Shown here: in pieces, positions 1 to 8,051 of the stretch
Numbering within the stretch: position 1 is the first letter of the stretch
How the letters are laid out: each line of letters opens with the position of its first letter
Assembly (NCBI GenBank): GCA_964437855.1
Contig: CAYTJE010000003.1
Coordinates: 1 to 50,431 of the forward strand
Direction: 5' to 3'
DNA: 50,431 nt
Origin: an uncultured Anaerolineales bacterium
Lineage (GTDB): Bacteria > Planctomycetota > Phycisphaerae > FEN-1346
The notes under the pieces: model-generated
What the model was told of the DNA's origin: nothing
The model's database searches: none
What the model saw: only the letters and a program-made list of their open reading frames with translations
Translations under genes and position numbers: made by a program

Positions 1-20
1 CGTACGTACGGTGGTGTGGG

Positions 21-50
21 AGGCGGGGGCGAGCAATCGCCCCTGCCTAC
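21..50 (-). repeat. GTAG-type REP hairpin
   Basis: aggcgggggcga-gcaa-tcgcccctgcct stem-loop followed by ac, which reads GTAG-gcaggggcgattgctcgccc on the minus strand. Confidence 0.6.
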
Positions 51-98
51 CCGATACAGAACTTACCTGAACACGCATTGCCTCGGCGGGAGAACTCC

Positions 99-746
99 AT
101 GACCCACGACGACGTCCTGGAGCGGATGTGTGAGGTTGGCCTGGTGCCGGTGGTCCGTGCCCCCTCGCCGGACGGGCTGCTGGAGATCGCCCGGGCCCTG
201 GCGGCCGGCGGCGTGCCCATTTGCGAGGTCACGATGACCGTCCCCGGGGCGATCGACGGCATCCGCCGGCTCGCCGGCGAGGTGGGCGGCGAGGTGCTCG
301 TCGGCGTCGGCAGCGTCACCGAGCCGGGCCAGGCCGACGAGGCCATCGACGCCGGCGCCCGGTTCGTCGTGGGCCCCGTCCTCGTGCCGGAGGTTATCGA
401 GGTCGCCCGCGAGCGCGATACGGTGGTGGTGCCCGGGGCGTACACGCCGACGGAGGTCTTCCAGGCCCACGCGATGGGGGCGGACATCGTCAAGGTCTTC
501 CCGGCCAGCGTGGGGGGGCCGGCGTACATCAAGGCGCTGCTCGCGCCGATGCCGTTCTTGAAGTTGCTGCCCACCGGCGGCGTGAACCTGGAGACGACGG
601 CCGACTTCCTGCGGGCCGGGGCCGCCACGCTCGGCGCCGGGTCGGCCCTGGTGAAGAAGGACGCCGTGGCCGCCGGCGACTGGGCCGCCATCACCGATCT
701 GGCCCGCCGCTTCCGCGACGAGGTGGAAAAGGCGCGACGTGCGTGA
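99..746 (+). CDS. eda: KDPG/KHG aldolase (Eda family)
   Basis: Motifs VPVVR, EVT, PGAYTPTE, VKVFPA and PTGGV; ATG at 99 follows a GGAG ribosome-binding site. Confidence 0.93.
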   Translation: MTHDDVLERMCEVGLVPVVRAPSPDGLLEIARALAAGGVPICEVTMTVPGAIDGIRRLAGEVGGEVLVGVGSVTEPGQADEAIDAGARFVVGPVLVPEVIEVARERDTVVVPGAYTPTEVFQAHAMGADIVKVFPASVGGPAYIKALLAPMPFLKLLPTGGVNLETTADFLRAGAATLGAGSALVKKDAVAAGDWAAITDLARRFRDEVEKARRA

Positions 747-1347
747 GCGAGACGAACAAACTCCCGCGCGGCGGCCTTCCCAGGCCACCGCGCCGGAACG
801 ATTACCGAGCCGTCGCGGCGGCCTGGTCCATACGGAGGCGTATGCCGAAGGCCGCCGCGCTACAACTTGCGCCGTTCTGGCGATCGGCGCCCTGGCCCTG
901 ATGCTCGCCCTCGGCTGCCATCTCCCGAGTCCCCGGCCGCGAAAGCCGACCCTGTACGAGGTCCGCGGGCGGGTTATCGACGCCGACACCCAACAGGGCG
1001 TAGCGGCGGCGCGGGTCCGCGTCCGGGCGACGCTTCCGTTCGGCAGCGGGGCGCAGTACCTCACGGCCTACGCCGTCACGGAGATGGACGGCACGTACCG
1101 GGTGGAACTGTCGGAGGGGTTCGCCGTAATGCAGCAGGCGGCGGCGATCCGCATCGACGCGTCGAAGGAGGGGTACATTCCCGGCGGGGCCGACCTGCCG
1201 CCGCCGGCCAAGCCGCGCGATTACTACGAGGCGCCGGCCATCGTCGTCAAGCGGGGGCGTGTGCCCCAACCCCCGCCGGACCTCAAGGGTCTGGGCATCC
1301 CGCTGACCGAACCGCCCCCGCCAAATCCCGTGCCGTGGAAGCGGTAA
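739..1347 (+). CDS. Putative lipoprotein with carboxypeptidase-regulatory-like beta domain
   Basis: Hydrophobic stretch ending LALGC, then VRGRVIDADT...GV..ARV...TEMDGTY...SKEGY. The GTG start overlaps the eda end. The N-terminus is encoded by two REP hairpins, so the start is uncertain. Confidence 0.7.
   Translation: MRERDEQTPARRPSQATAPERLPSRRGGLVHTEAYAEGRRATTCAVLAIGALALMLALGCHLPSPRPRKPTLYEVRGRVIDADTQQGVAAARVRVRATLPFGSGAQYLTAYAVTEMDGTYRVELSEGFAVMQQAAAIRIDASKEGYIPGGADLPPPAKPRDYYEAPAIVVKRGRVPQPPPDLKGLGIPLTEPPPPNPVPWKR
765..859. repeat. Inverted REP doublet (short and long form of the GGCC-TGGGAA-GGCC family)
   Basis: 765-793 gcgcggcggccttcccaggccaccgcgc and 814-859 cgcggcggcctggtccatacggaggcgtatgccgaaggccgccgcg; homologues at 3370, 25663, 25706, 27376, 30681 and 30746. 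Confidence 0.85.
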
Positions 1348-1350
1348 CGT

Positions 1351-1385
1351 ATTTCGGATTTCGGATTGGGGAATTCGGATTGCGA
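1351..1385. repeat. Degenerate 7-bp tandem repeat (ATTTCGG)n
   Basis: atttcgg atttcgg attgggg aattcgg attgcga; a shorter copy lies at about 4316-4330. Confidence 0.7.
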
Positions 1386-1466
1386 TGGCGAGGAGCGCCC
1401 GGCTACGCGGACGGGCCTGTATTCGCCGACGCGCGTGCGCGTCGTGCGCTCGGTGCATGGGGCCCG

Positions 1467-1493
1467 CGGCGGGCCGGGAGCCCCGCCGCGCGG
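1467..1493 (-). repeat. REP hairpin identical to the repeat inserted twice in miaB
   Basis: Its reverse complement ccgcgcggcggggctcccggcccgccg matches 23903-23929 and 23948-23974 exactly; it lies between convergent genes. Confidence 0.85.
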
Positions 1494-1510
1494 GAAGTAG
1501 CGTTGTAGTG

Positions 1511-3112
1511 CTAACCCTTCTGCCGGGCCCGGTATGCCTCCGCCGTCATGGCGAACTTCTGCTCCACCGCCTGCCGATACGCCGGCCCCGCGTTGTACGT
1601 GCAGAAGGGGTAGAGGCGGCCGTCGGGGTCGGCGTAGTGGATGACGCATCGGCGGACGCGGTTGATCTCGTAGTTGTAGCGGTCCATGAAGTGCATGCCG
1701 GCCACCAGGAGGCTTCGGAAGGTCTTCTTGCCTTCCGTGCCTCGGCCGACGTTCTTATCAATCATGCCGTTCAGGGCGTGGAGCCAGTCCTGGAAGGTCA
1801 TGCCCGCCGGTGCCGCCTCCGGCCGCCAGTGCCGCTTCAGCGCCAGGAACGCCCGCGTCTTGCGGAAGAAGCGGAATCGGCTCCGGCCGCTGCGGCCGGC
1901 CAGGTGCCACATGTCGTCCAGGAGCCCCTTGAGGTTGAAGAACTGCGGCACGGGCACCGCCCGGCCGTCGGTCCCGACGAACAGGTACGTGCCCAGGGCA
2001 CAGTGCGGATGGCACGACATCACGATATTCGCCTCGCCGCGGACCGCCTCCACCAGCCGCGTGAACGGCTGGACGCACGAGAGCGGGTACCAGTCCTCCA
2101 CCGGGTCGGTGATGCCCGTCTGCTCCGAGACGTCGCGGGCCATGTCGGTCAGCGTGTACCGTTGGGCCAGGCGCTCCTCGGTACGGATGCGGCCGGTAAA
2201 GGCGACGGGCTGGAACGAGATGCCGGAGATCGTCTCGATGCGGTCCAGGGCGAACTGCACGATTTGGCCGACCTGGTGGTCGTTGAAGCCGCGCACGAGC
2301 GTCGGGACGAGGACGATTTTCATGTCGGTCTGCATGATGGCCTCGACGGCCCGCCGCTTCTCGTCCATGAGCGGCCGGCCGCGCGTTTTCGTGTAGATGT
2401 CATCGGCCAGGCCGTCGAACTGGAGGTAGACGTCGTGCAGGCCGGCGTCCTCGCACCGCCGGGCGAAGTCCGCCTCGCGGGCGAAGCGCAGGCCGTTCGT
2501 GGCGATCTGGAGGTGCGAGAAGCCCATCTCCGTGGCCGCGCGCAGCACGTCCAGGAACCGCGGGTAGAGGGTCGGCTCGCCGCCGGAGAACTGGATGGCC
2601 CGCCCGGCCGCCGGGCGCGTCTCGCGGTAGGTCCGCAGCATGCCGAGGACCTGCTCGAACGTCGGCTCGACCACGTAGCCGGCGGCGTCGGAGTTGGCGA
2701 AGCAGATGGGGCACCGCAGGTTGCACCGGTTCGTGAGGTCGATGTTCCCGAGGGCGGTGTTCGAGGCGTGGTCCGGGCACAGGCCGCACTGGTGCGGGCA
2801 GGTGTCGGAGGCCGGCGTCTGCGGGTTCGAGAGGCCGTCGCCGTCGGCATAATGAAACGCTTCGGCCTTCAGGTACAGGCGGGCGTCGGACCAGTAGAGG
2901 TCTTCGACGGGCCCGTGGTCGGGGCAGGTCTTGGCCATCCATACCTGGCCGTCGCGCTCGATGAGGCGGGCGGGGATGCGGCGAAGGCACTCCGGGCAGA
3001 CGGACGGGACGGTCTTCGGCAGGCCGCGCGGCAGGGGCGGGATCGGCCGGCCCGAGAGGGTATGTTTGACGGCGGCGTCGGTCAGGTCGGCGGTCGGCGG
3101 TGGGTTCATCAA
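1511..3112 (-). CDS. tes: Radical SAM enzyme, tetraether lipid synthase (Tes/GDGT-MAS, MJ0619) homologue
   Basis: N-terminal CPEC...CPDHG, CPHQCGLCPDH, radical SAM motif CNLRCPIC, QFSGGEPT, YLQFDG, FQPVAFTGR, CHPHC, and C-terminal GMHFMD.YNY...RCVIHY..PDG...PFC.YN. Confidence 0.85.
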   Translation of the reverse strand: MMNPPPTADLTDAAVKHTLSGRPIPPLPRGLPKTVPSVCPECLRRIPARLIERDGQVWMAKTCPDHGPVEDLYWSDARLYLKAEAFHYADGDGLSNPQTPASDTCPHQCGLCPDHASNTALGNIDLTNRCNLRCPICFANSDAAGYVVEPTFEQVLGMLRTYRETRPAAGRAIQFSGGEPTLYPRFLDVLRAATEMGFSHLQIATNGLRFAREADFARRCEDAGLHDVYLQFDGLADDIYTKTRGRPLMDEKRRAVEAIMQTDMKIVLVPTLVRGFNDHQVGQIVQFALDRIETISGISFQPVAFTGRIRTEERLAQRYTLTDMARDVSEQTGITDPVEDWYPLSCVQPFTRLVEAVRGEANIVMSCHPHCALGTYLFVGTDGRAVPVPQFFNLKGLLDDMWHLAGRSGRSRFRFFRKTRAFLALKRHWRPEAAPAGMTFQDWLHALNGMIDKNVGRGTEGKKTFRSLLVAGMHFMDRYNYEINRVRRCVIHYADPDGRLYPFCTYNAGPAYRQAVEQKFAMTAEAYRARQKG

Positions 3113-3178
3113 GTCCCTTGTGCTGGCGTTGCGGAGTCCGGCGGCGCTCCGCCCCCGCGCCGCCCGAACCGACGGTGG

Positions 3179-3208
3179 ATTATAGGGGGGTATTCAGCCA
3201 AACTGCAA
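3179..3208 (-). promoter_or_regulatory. Sigma70-type promoter for the tes homologue
   Basis: TTGCAG-N18-TATAAT on the minus strand, about 65 nt upstream of the start codon. Confidence 0.6.
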
Positions 3209-3248
3209 GCGGGGAATGCGATACCGGGCGACCCAAAGGTTCCAGGGG

Positions 3249-3358
3249 GGGTGTAACAACGATTTCCGGCGAGCTTCGAACATCCCCGTAGCGCCGGGGT
3301 TTATCCCCGGCGTATGCCCCACGGGCTCACGGCCGCCGGGCATGAAGCCGGGGGCTAC
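3249..3358. repeat. GTAG-type REPIN with conserved 39-bp 5' extension (copy 1)
   Basis: gggtgtaacaac...gtagcgccggggtttatccccggcg...cgccgggcatgaagccggggctac; colinear with 9483-9593. Confidence 0.85.
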
Positions 3359-3369
3359 GGCCCGTTCGG

Positions 3370-3417
3370 GCGTGGTGGCTTGGTCCATACGGAGGCGTAT
3401 GCCGAAGGCCACCACGC
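3370..3417 (+). repeat. Long-form REP hairpin
   Basis: gcgtggtggcttggtccatacggaggcgtatgccgaaggccaccacgc; same loop as 814-859 with compensatory stem changes. Confidence 0.85.
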
Positions 3418-3445
3418 GGGCGTTCGGTGCCGGGCCCTTTGAGCC

Positions 3446-4282
3446 TCACCGCAGCGCGCCGGCGGCTTTGACGGCCAGGTTGAACACGATGTGCGCCCCC
3501 GCCACGATCCCGAAGCCCCGCTGCACCAGCAGGTAGCCCAGGTACACCCCGGCCGCCGAGCGGAACAGAAACGAGTCCCACGCGAAGCGGGTCGGGTCGT
3601 CCAGCGTGTGGGCGCCGGCGAAGATGCCGGCGGCGATGAGGACCACGGCCACCGTGATGCCGGGCGATTCCCGCCCCAGGATCGTGCGGGCCAGCCACAG
3701 CGCGGCCCCGACCATGAGCAGGCGGAACAGGAGTTCCTCGTAGATGCCCGCGCCGATGCTGGCCATGGCCGGGGCGAGCCAGGCCGGGCCGGCCGCACCG
3801 CCGGCCGCGGCGTCCCGCAAGGACCCGTAGGGGCCGGCCATCGCCAGGGCGCCCCCGCCCCGGAAGGCGAGGGTCACGACGGCCTGGAGGACGAAGAGCG
3901 GCACCGTCAGGATGAGGGTTTCGACGGCCATCCGGCCCAAAAGGCGCACCGGCACCCGCCACGGGTCCCGCCGCACCAGGTGCCAGGCGAGCAGCACGCC
4001 CACGACCAGCCACGTCGGCGCGAGCACCCCGGTCAGCCCCAGCGGCGCCAGGGCCTGCCGCAGCAGGAGGTCGGCCCGGGCGGCCAGGTCGGGCCGGACC
4101 CAGATCAGCCCCAGGGCGTAGAAGACGAGCAGCGGCGAGAGAAAGAGGAGGCTCGGCAGGGGACGGCGGGCCGCCGGGTCGTGCAGGAGCCGGTCGGCAT
4201 CGCGCCTGGCCGTGCGCCGCGACGAACGGCGGGCCCGGGACGGCTTGCGGCGCGGTTTCCGGGGGCGTTTCCTGCCGGCCAT
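3446..4282 (-). CDS. CPBP (Abi/type II CAAX) family intramembrane glutamic protease
   Basis: Multiple transmembrane segments; GIYEELLFR, FAGAH and AHIVFN motifs. Confidence 0.85.
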   Translation of the reverse strand: MAGRKRPRKPRRKPSRARRSSRRTARRDADRLLHDPAARRPLPSLLFLSPLLVFYALGLIWVRPDLAARADLLLRQALAPLGLTGVLAPTWLVVGVLLAWHLVRRDPWRVPVRLLGRMAVETLILTVPLFVLQAVVTLAFRGGGALAMAGPYGSLRDAAAGGAAGPAWLAPAMASIGAGIYEELLFRLLMVGAALWLARTILGRESPGITVAVVLIAAGIFAGAHTLDDPTRFAWDSFLFRSAAGVYLGYLLVQRGFGIVAGAHIVFNLAVKAAGALR

Positions 4283-4395
4283 GGCCGGAATGTAGCAGGC
4301 GGACGCGGAAAAGCAATTTCGGATTTCAGATGGCACGGCCGGAGCGATCCGTTACGCTTGACCGAGACGCCGCCGAGATACCAATGCTGTTTCCT

Positions 4396-4417
4396 GCGCG
4401 GCCCGTACGGGCCGCGC
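4396..4417. repeat. Perfect 22-bp palindrome between divergent genes
   Basis: gcgcggcccgtacgggccgcgc; a related hairpin cccggcccatacgggccggg lies inside miaB at 24975-24994. Confidence 0.6.
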
Positions 4418-4477
4418 GGGAAGTAGGGCAGTTGTGCAGTCGGGCAGGGCTTATCCGCTCATCCGACGGGAGGTCGC

Positions 4478-5155
4478 ATGAGAACCGACGAGACACTCCG
4501 TGCCTTCTACGAGGCGATGGACTCGGCCCTCGGCCCCCAGGGCTGGTGGCCGGCCGAGACGCCCTTCGAGGTCCTCGTCGGCGCCGTCCTGACGCAGAAC
4601 ACGAACTGGACGAACGTGGAGCGGGCCATCGCGAACCTGAAGCGCGAGGGCCTGCTCGACCCTCGCGCCCTGGACGAGGCCGACGCCGAGCGCCTCGGCG
4701 CTGTTATCCGGCCTGCCGGCTATTATCGCGTCAAGGCCCGGCGGCTTAAGAACCTGATGCACCTCTTGGCCGAGCGGTTCGGCGGCCGTCTGGACGCCCT
4801 CTTCGCCCTCTCGACCGGCGCGCTGCGCGAGACGGTCCTCTCGGTCAGCGGCATCGGCCCGGAGACGGCCGACTCCATCCTCCTCTACGCCGCGGGCCGG
4901 CCCGTGTTCGTCGTGGACGCCTATACCGCCCGCATCCTGTACCGGCACGGTCTCATCGAGGGCGATGCCACGTACGACGACTTGCAGGCGCTCTTCCACG
5001 GCGCGCTGGTCGAGGACGCCGACCTCTTCGGCGAGTACCACGCCCTGCTGGTGGCGGTGGGGAAGCGGTGGTGCAGGAAACGCGCCCCGCGGTGCGACGG
5101 GTGTCCGCTGGAGCCGCTGTTGGAGGACGGCCAGCCGGTGACGGACGCCCTGTGA
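4478..5155 (+). CDS. Endonuclease III-related HhH-GPD DNA glycosylase
   Basis: WWPAETPFEVLVGAVLTQNTNW, GIGPETADSILLYA, FVVDAYT and a C-terminal Cys cluster C..RAPRCDGCPL. Confidence 0.9.
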   Translation: MRTDETLRAFYEAMDSALGPQGWWPAETPFEVLVGAVLTQNTNWTNVERAIANLKREGLLDPRALDEADAERLGAVIRPAGYYRVKARRLKNLMHLLAERFGGRLDALFALSTGALRETVLSVSGIGPETADSILLYAAGRPVFVVDAYTARILYRHGLIEGDATYDDLQALFHGALVEDADLFGEYHALLVAVGKRWCRKRAPRCDGCPLEPLLEDGQPVTDAL

Positions 5156-5164
5156 GGAATTCGC

Positions 5165-5237
5165 GGGTGCCACGGATTGCCCGCAATCCGTGATTCCGGG
5201 GCCGCGGCGCACGGTTTGACAAGCAAACCGTGGCCCC
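5165..5237. repeat. GTGCCAC/GTGGC-type inverted REP doublet (copy 1)
   Basis: gggtgccacggattgcccgcaatccgtg ... cacggtttgacaagcaaaccgtggcccc; homologous doublet at 29439-29511. Confidence 0.8.
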
Positions 5238-5270
5238 TTTCTTGTACCATTGATTTTGCCGGTCTCAATC

Positions 5271-5364
5271 GCCGCGAACGCCTGCCCGGCGTAGCCTTGT
5301 AGGGCGAAGCCGGGTCAGTGAGCGGCGCGGGGCGGCCTGGCTAGCCGCGAACGTTAGTGAGCGG
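5271..5364 (+). repeat. Two copies of the gccgcgaacgtYagtgagcgg repeat, the first interrupted by a 34-bp hairpin
   Basis: 5271-5280 plus 5315-5325 rejoin to match the intact copy at 5344-5364; the insert is cctgcccggcgtagccttgtagggcgaagccggg. Confidence 0.8.
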
Positions 5365-5415
5365 TGCCGTTTCGTCTTGGTTGTGCTTGTGGAGCGGTTC
5401 GCGTGCCCCGTTCGG

Positions 5416-6561
5416 TTACGCTCCCGGTTCGGTTCCGGTCGCGGTGGTGGCGGCGAGTCCGGCCAGTCGGGCGGCGGCGGCCAGTTCGAGGCGGCTCTTG
5501 GGGTCTTCCGCCAGGAGCAGACTGCCCGGGCCGCGCAGGGTCCGCCGGATGGCCAACTGGGTGTCGGCGTCGATCTCGTGCCAGGCCGTGGCGCTGGCCC
5601 GCCCCCGCCGTTTGCTGTGGTAGAGGGCCTGGTCGGCCAGGTAAACGAGCAGTTCCGGCGACATGATCTCCTGGTCCTGCGGGTACGTGGCCGTGCCGAT
5701 GCTCAGGTGGATGGGGACGCGGGTCTCCTGGGCCTTGAAGACGTGCTTCCGGCAGGTGGCGAGGATGCGCTCGGCCAGGGCGTGGACCTCTTTGTGCCCG
5801 GTCCGCGGACAGACCAGGGCGAACTCGTCGCCGGCGTAGCGGGCCACCAGGTCCGACTCGCGGGCGCACCGCTTCAGGATGACCGCTACCTCTTTCAGGA
5901 CGTAGTCGCCGAACGGGTGCCCGTGCTGGTCGTTGATGGTCTTGAAGTGGTCCAGGTCGACGATCGCCATCGAGACGTTGTGGCCGTAGCGCCGGCTGAT
6001 CTTGAACTCCGTCTTCAGCCACTCCATCAGGTACCGGTAGTTGTAGAGCGCGGTCAGGCCGTCGGTGATGCTGCGGACCTTCAGGGCCCGGTTGTCCTCG
6101 CGGAGTTGCTTCAGCAGGGCCGTCTCCCGGGCGATGGTCTTGTCGAGTTCGCCGCGGACGTGGGCGAGTTGGTCGTGGACGGCCTTCAGGCGGATGGCCG
6201 CGTGAAGCCGGTACTGGAGGGTTTCCGCGTCGGCGCCCGAGGGAATCACCTCCTCCACGCCCGCCTGGAGGATCTCCCGTCGCCGCTCCGCCGGCAGACC
6301 GGCCTCGACCATGCCGATGACCGGCAGGTAGCGGTCGGCCCGGAGGCTCTTCAGGACCCTGGCGGTATCGGTCAGGGTGAACTCGCCGGGACGGTCCACC
6401 ACGACGAGCAGGTCGAGGTGCTCGCGTTTGACGACGGCCATGGCGGACAGACAGTCCGGCGCCGTCTGGACGGCCGCCCCGCACGACTCCAGGCGCTCGA
6501 CCAGACCGTTGGCGGTTTCCTGGTCGCCGATCACGGCAAGGATTCTGGGTTGTTGCGGCAT
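5416..6561 (-). CDS. Response-regulator diguanylate cyclase (REC, coiled coil, GGDEF) with AGDEF variant
   Basis: TDGLTALYNYRY, DLDHFKTINDQHGH, RESD I-site, ARYAGDEF, SIG and ADQALY. Confidence 0.9.
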   Translation of the reverse strand: MPQQPRILAVIGDQETANGLVERLESCGAAVQTAPDCLSAMAVVKREHLDLLVVVDRPGEFTLTDTARVLKSLRADRYLPVIGMVEAGLPAERRREILQAGVEEVIPSGADAETLQYRLHAAIRLKAVHDQLAHVRGELDKTIARETALLKQLREDNRALKVRSITDGLTALYNYRYLMEWLKTEFKISRRYGHNVSMAIVDLDHFKTINDQHGHPFGDYVLKEVAVILKRCARESDLVARYAGDEFALVCPRTGHKEVHALAERILATCRKHVFKAQETRVPIHLSIGTATYPQDQEIMSPELLVYLADQALYHSKRRGRASATAWHEIDADTQLAIRRTLRGPGSLLLAEDPKSRLELAAAARLAGLAATTATGTEPGA

Positions 6562-6807
6562 AGGACCTCCGGGTCTCGTGGACGCTGGGCCGAGGCGGGT
6601 GCGCCCGGCCGCTTGCCTGTTCAGAGGATAACGGTACCGGGGCGACGGGCAACCGGGTGGCGGCGGCGGGGGCGGGCCGGGCCGCTAAGTGCTTGTTGAG
6701 CGGGGGCTTGGCCGATTCCCGGTTTGCCGGGGGGCGCGTGGGCGGCTGCGGCGCGCGGCCGAAAATCGGCCGGTTTTTTCAGAGGAAGTGAGCCTGTTGC
6801 ACGAACC

Positions 6808-6859
6808 GCGCGGCGGGTGCCCCTCGGCTACGCTCGGGACAGGCTCCGACCCGCCGCGC
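6808..6859. repeat. Composite REP hairpin, also present in frame in miaB
   Basis: Its reverse complement differs from 24900-24951 at 2 of 52 positions; preceded by the end-like motif gagcctgttgcacgaa at 6790-6805. Confidence 0.85.
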
Positions 6860-6901
6860 ACATCCTCAGAGGCCCGCCGCGAGCCCCATGCGGGAGGCGC
6901 G

Positions 6902-7498
6902 CTACCCGGTCTGGCCGCCGGCCGTCAGAAGTTTCGACCCCGTCCGGATGTAGCCGATCAGCGAGAGGATCGCCAGGGTCACCGTCAGCCCCCAGATGCC
7001 GTACAGGACGTACCACGCCGGCCGGCCGAGGAAGCCCAGCAGGTCCGGGGCGGCGCAGGTGGCGACCACGGTCGCGAACTGCATGATGGTCGCCCCCTTG
7101 CCGGACACGCTGGGCAGGCCCTGGAACGGTCCGCAGACGAAGTAGATGACCACGGCGCCCCCCAGCATGATCAGCGCACGCGAGACGAGCGTGACGCTGA
7201 CCCAGTACGGCAGGCCGAGGTCGGGTTCGGCCGAGAGGACGCCCGGGATCGACAACGTGACCATCGCGCTGATGCCGAAGGCGTAATCGGCCAGGGGGTC
7301 CAGGATCGAGCCGACGCGGGTGACCTGGCCGGTCCGCCGGGCCAGGATGCCGTCGGCCGCGTCGGCCAGGCCGATCGCGAGCGCCAACCCCAGCGCGCCG
7401 TACCGGTACCCCCAGTGCGAGCGGGCGTTCAAGAGCAGCAGGACGAACACCGGCACCATGAGCAGCCGCGTGATCGTGATGCGGTTCGGCCACGACAT
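6902..7498 (-). CDS. CDP-alcohol phosphatidyltransferase (PgsA-like)
   Basis: PNRITITR and the signature DAADGILARRTGQVTRVGSILDPLAD. Confidence 0.9.
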   Translation of the reverse strand: MSWPNRITITRLLMVPVFVLLLLNARSHWGYRYGALGLALAIGLADAADGILARRTGQVTRVGSILDPLADYAFGISAMVTLSIPGVLSAEPDLGLPYWVSVTLVSRALIMLGGAVVIYFVCGPFQGLPSVSGKGATIMQFATVVATCAAPDLLGFLGRPAWYVLYGIWGLTVTLAILSLIGYIRTGSKLLTAGGQTG

Positions 7499-7542
7499 GC
7501 AGGTCGGTGCCTCCGTGTCGGGACGCCCTTTGGCACGGGGCA

Positions 7543-7571
7543 AAGGTACGAAGCCTACCTGAGAGTGTCAA
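7543..7571 (-). promoter_or_regulatory. Sigma70-type promoter for the pgsA-like gene
   Basis: TTGACA-N17-TACCTT on the minus strand. Confidence 0.6.
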
Positions 7572-7674
7572 TCAAACAATAGCGCGACGAGGACACCGGG
7601 GTTTCGAGCCGGGCCTCGTCGCGGTGGGGTCTGACGCAGCGCGTTGCCCTTCAGGGGGCGAACGCGTGGTTTGG

Positions 7675-8031
7675 CTATGGGATGGGTGGCGGCATTGGCG
7701 GACAGACCGGCACACTGGGGATCGGGGTCGGCGGGATGACCGGCTCTATTGGAAAGGGGTCGGGAGGCAGATCGTAAACGCGCGGCGGCGGCGAGATGTT
7801 CGGCACGTACTCCATAGCCGCCTCGGCACGCTCAATCGTTTCGGCTAATTCCCGGTCGCGCTCAGCCCACAGGCTCGTGTGATAGTCGTACGGAACGTAG
7901 GTGTCCAGGGGGGTCGGATACGGGTTGCGATAGGGGCCTCCCCCGCACCCGGCCAGAAGAACCGTCCCTATGACAAGGGCGGTACATAGTGCGGCGCGTG
8001 CGGATACCTTCGGAAAGCGATCGGCTAACAT
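7675..8031 (-). CDS. Small Pro-rich lipoprotein of unknown function
   Basis: Strong AAGGAGG ribosome-binding site, VLLAGC lipobox, Pro-rich C-terminus; lies in a less GC-rich stretch. Confidence 0.65.
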   Translation of the reverse strand: MLADRFPKVSARAALCTALVIGTVLLAGCGGGPYRNPYPTPLDTYVPYDYHTSLWAERDRELAETIERAEAAMEYVPNISPPPRVYDLPPDPFPIEPVIPPTPIPSVPVCPPMPPPIP

Positions 8032-8051
8032 GGCACACCTCCTTTTTCCCC

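Noticed and set aside
3446-4282. CPBP protease as a dedicated sorting enzyme or abortive-infection gene
   Set aside because: Only generic family motifs are visible, with no substrate or defence context nearby
5266-5364. Possible tRNA or other ncRNA
   Set aside because: No T-loop or D-loop consensus; the sequence is explained by nested repeats
5416-6561. Hypr-type GGDEF cGAMP synthase
   Set aside because: The base-specifying Asp in GHPFGD is retained rather than replaced by Ser or Thr
6757-6779. Hairpin plus T-run resembling an intrinsic terminator on the plus strand
   Set aside because: No plus-strand gene lies upstream and the flanking genes are both on the minus strand, so function cannot be supported
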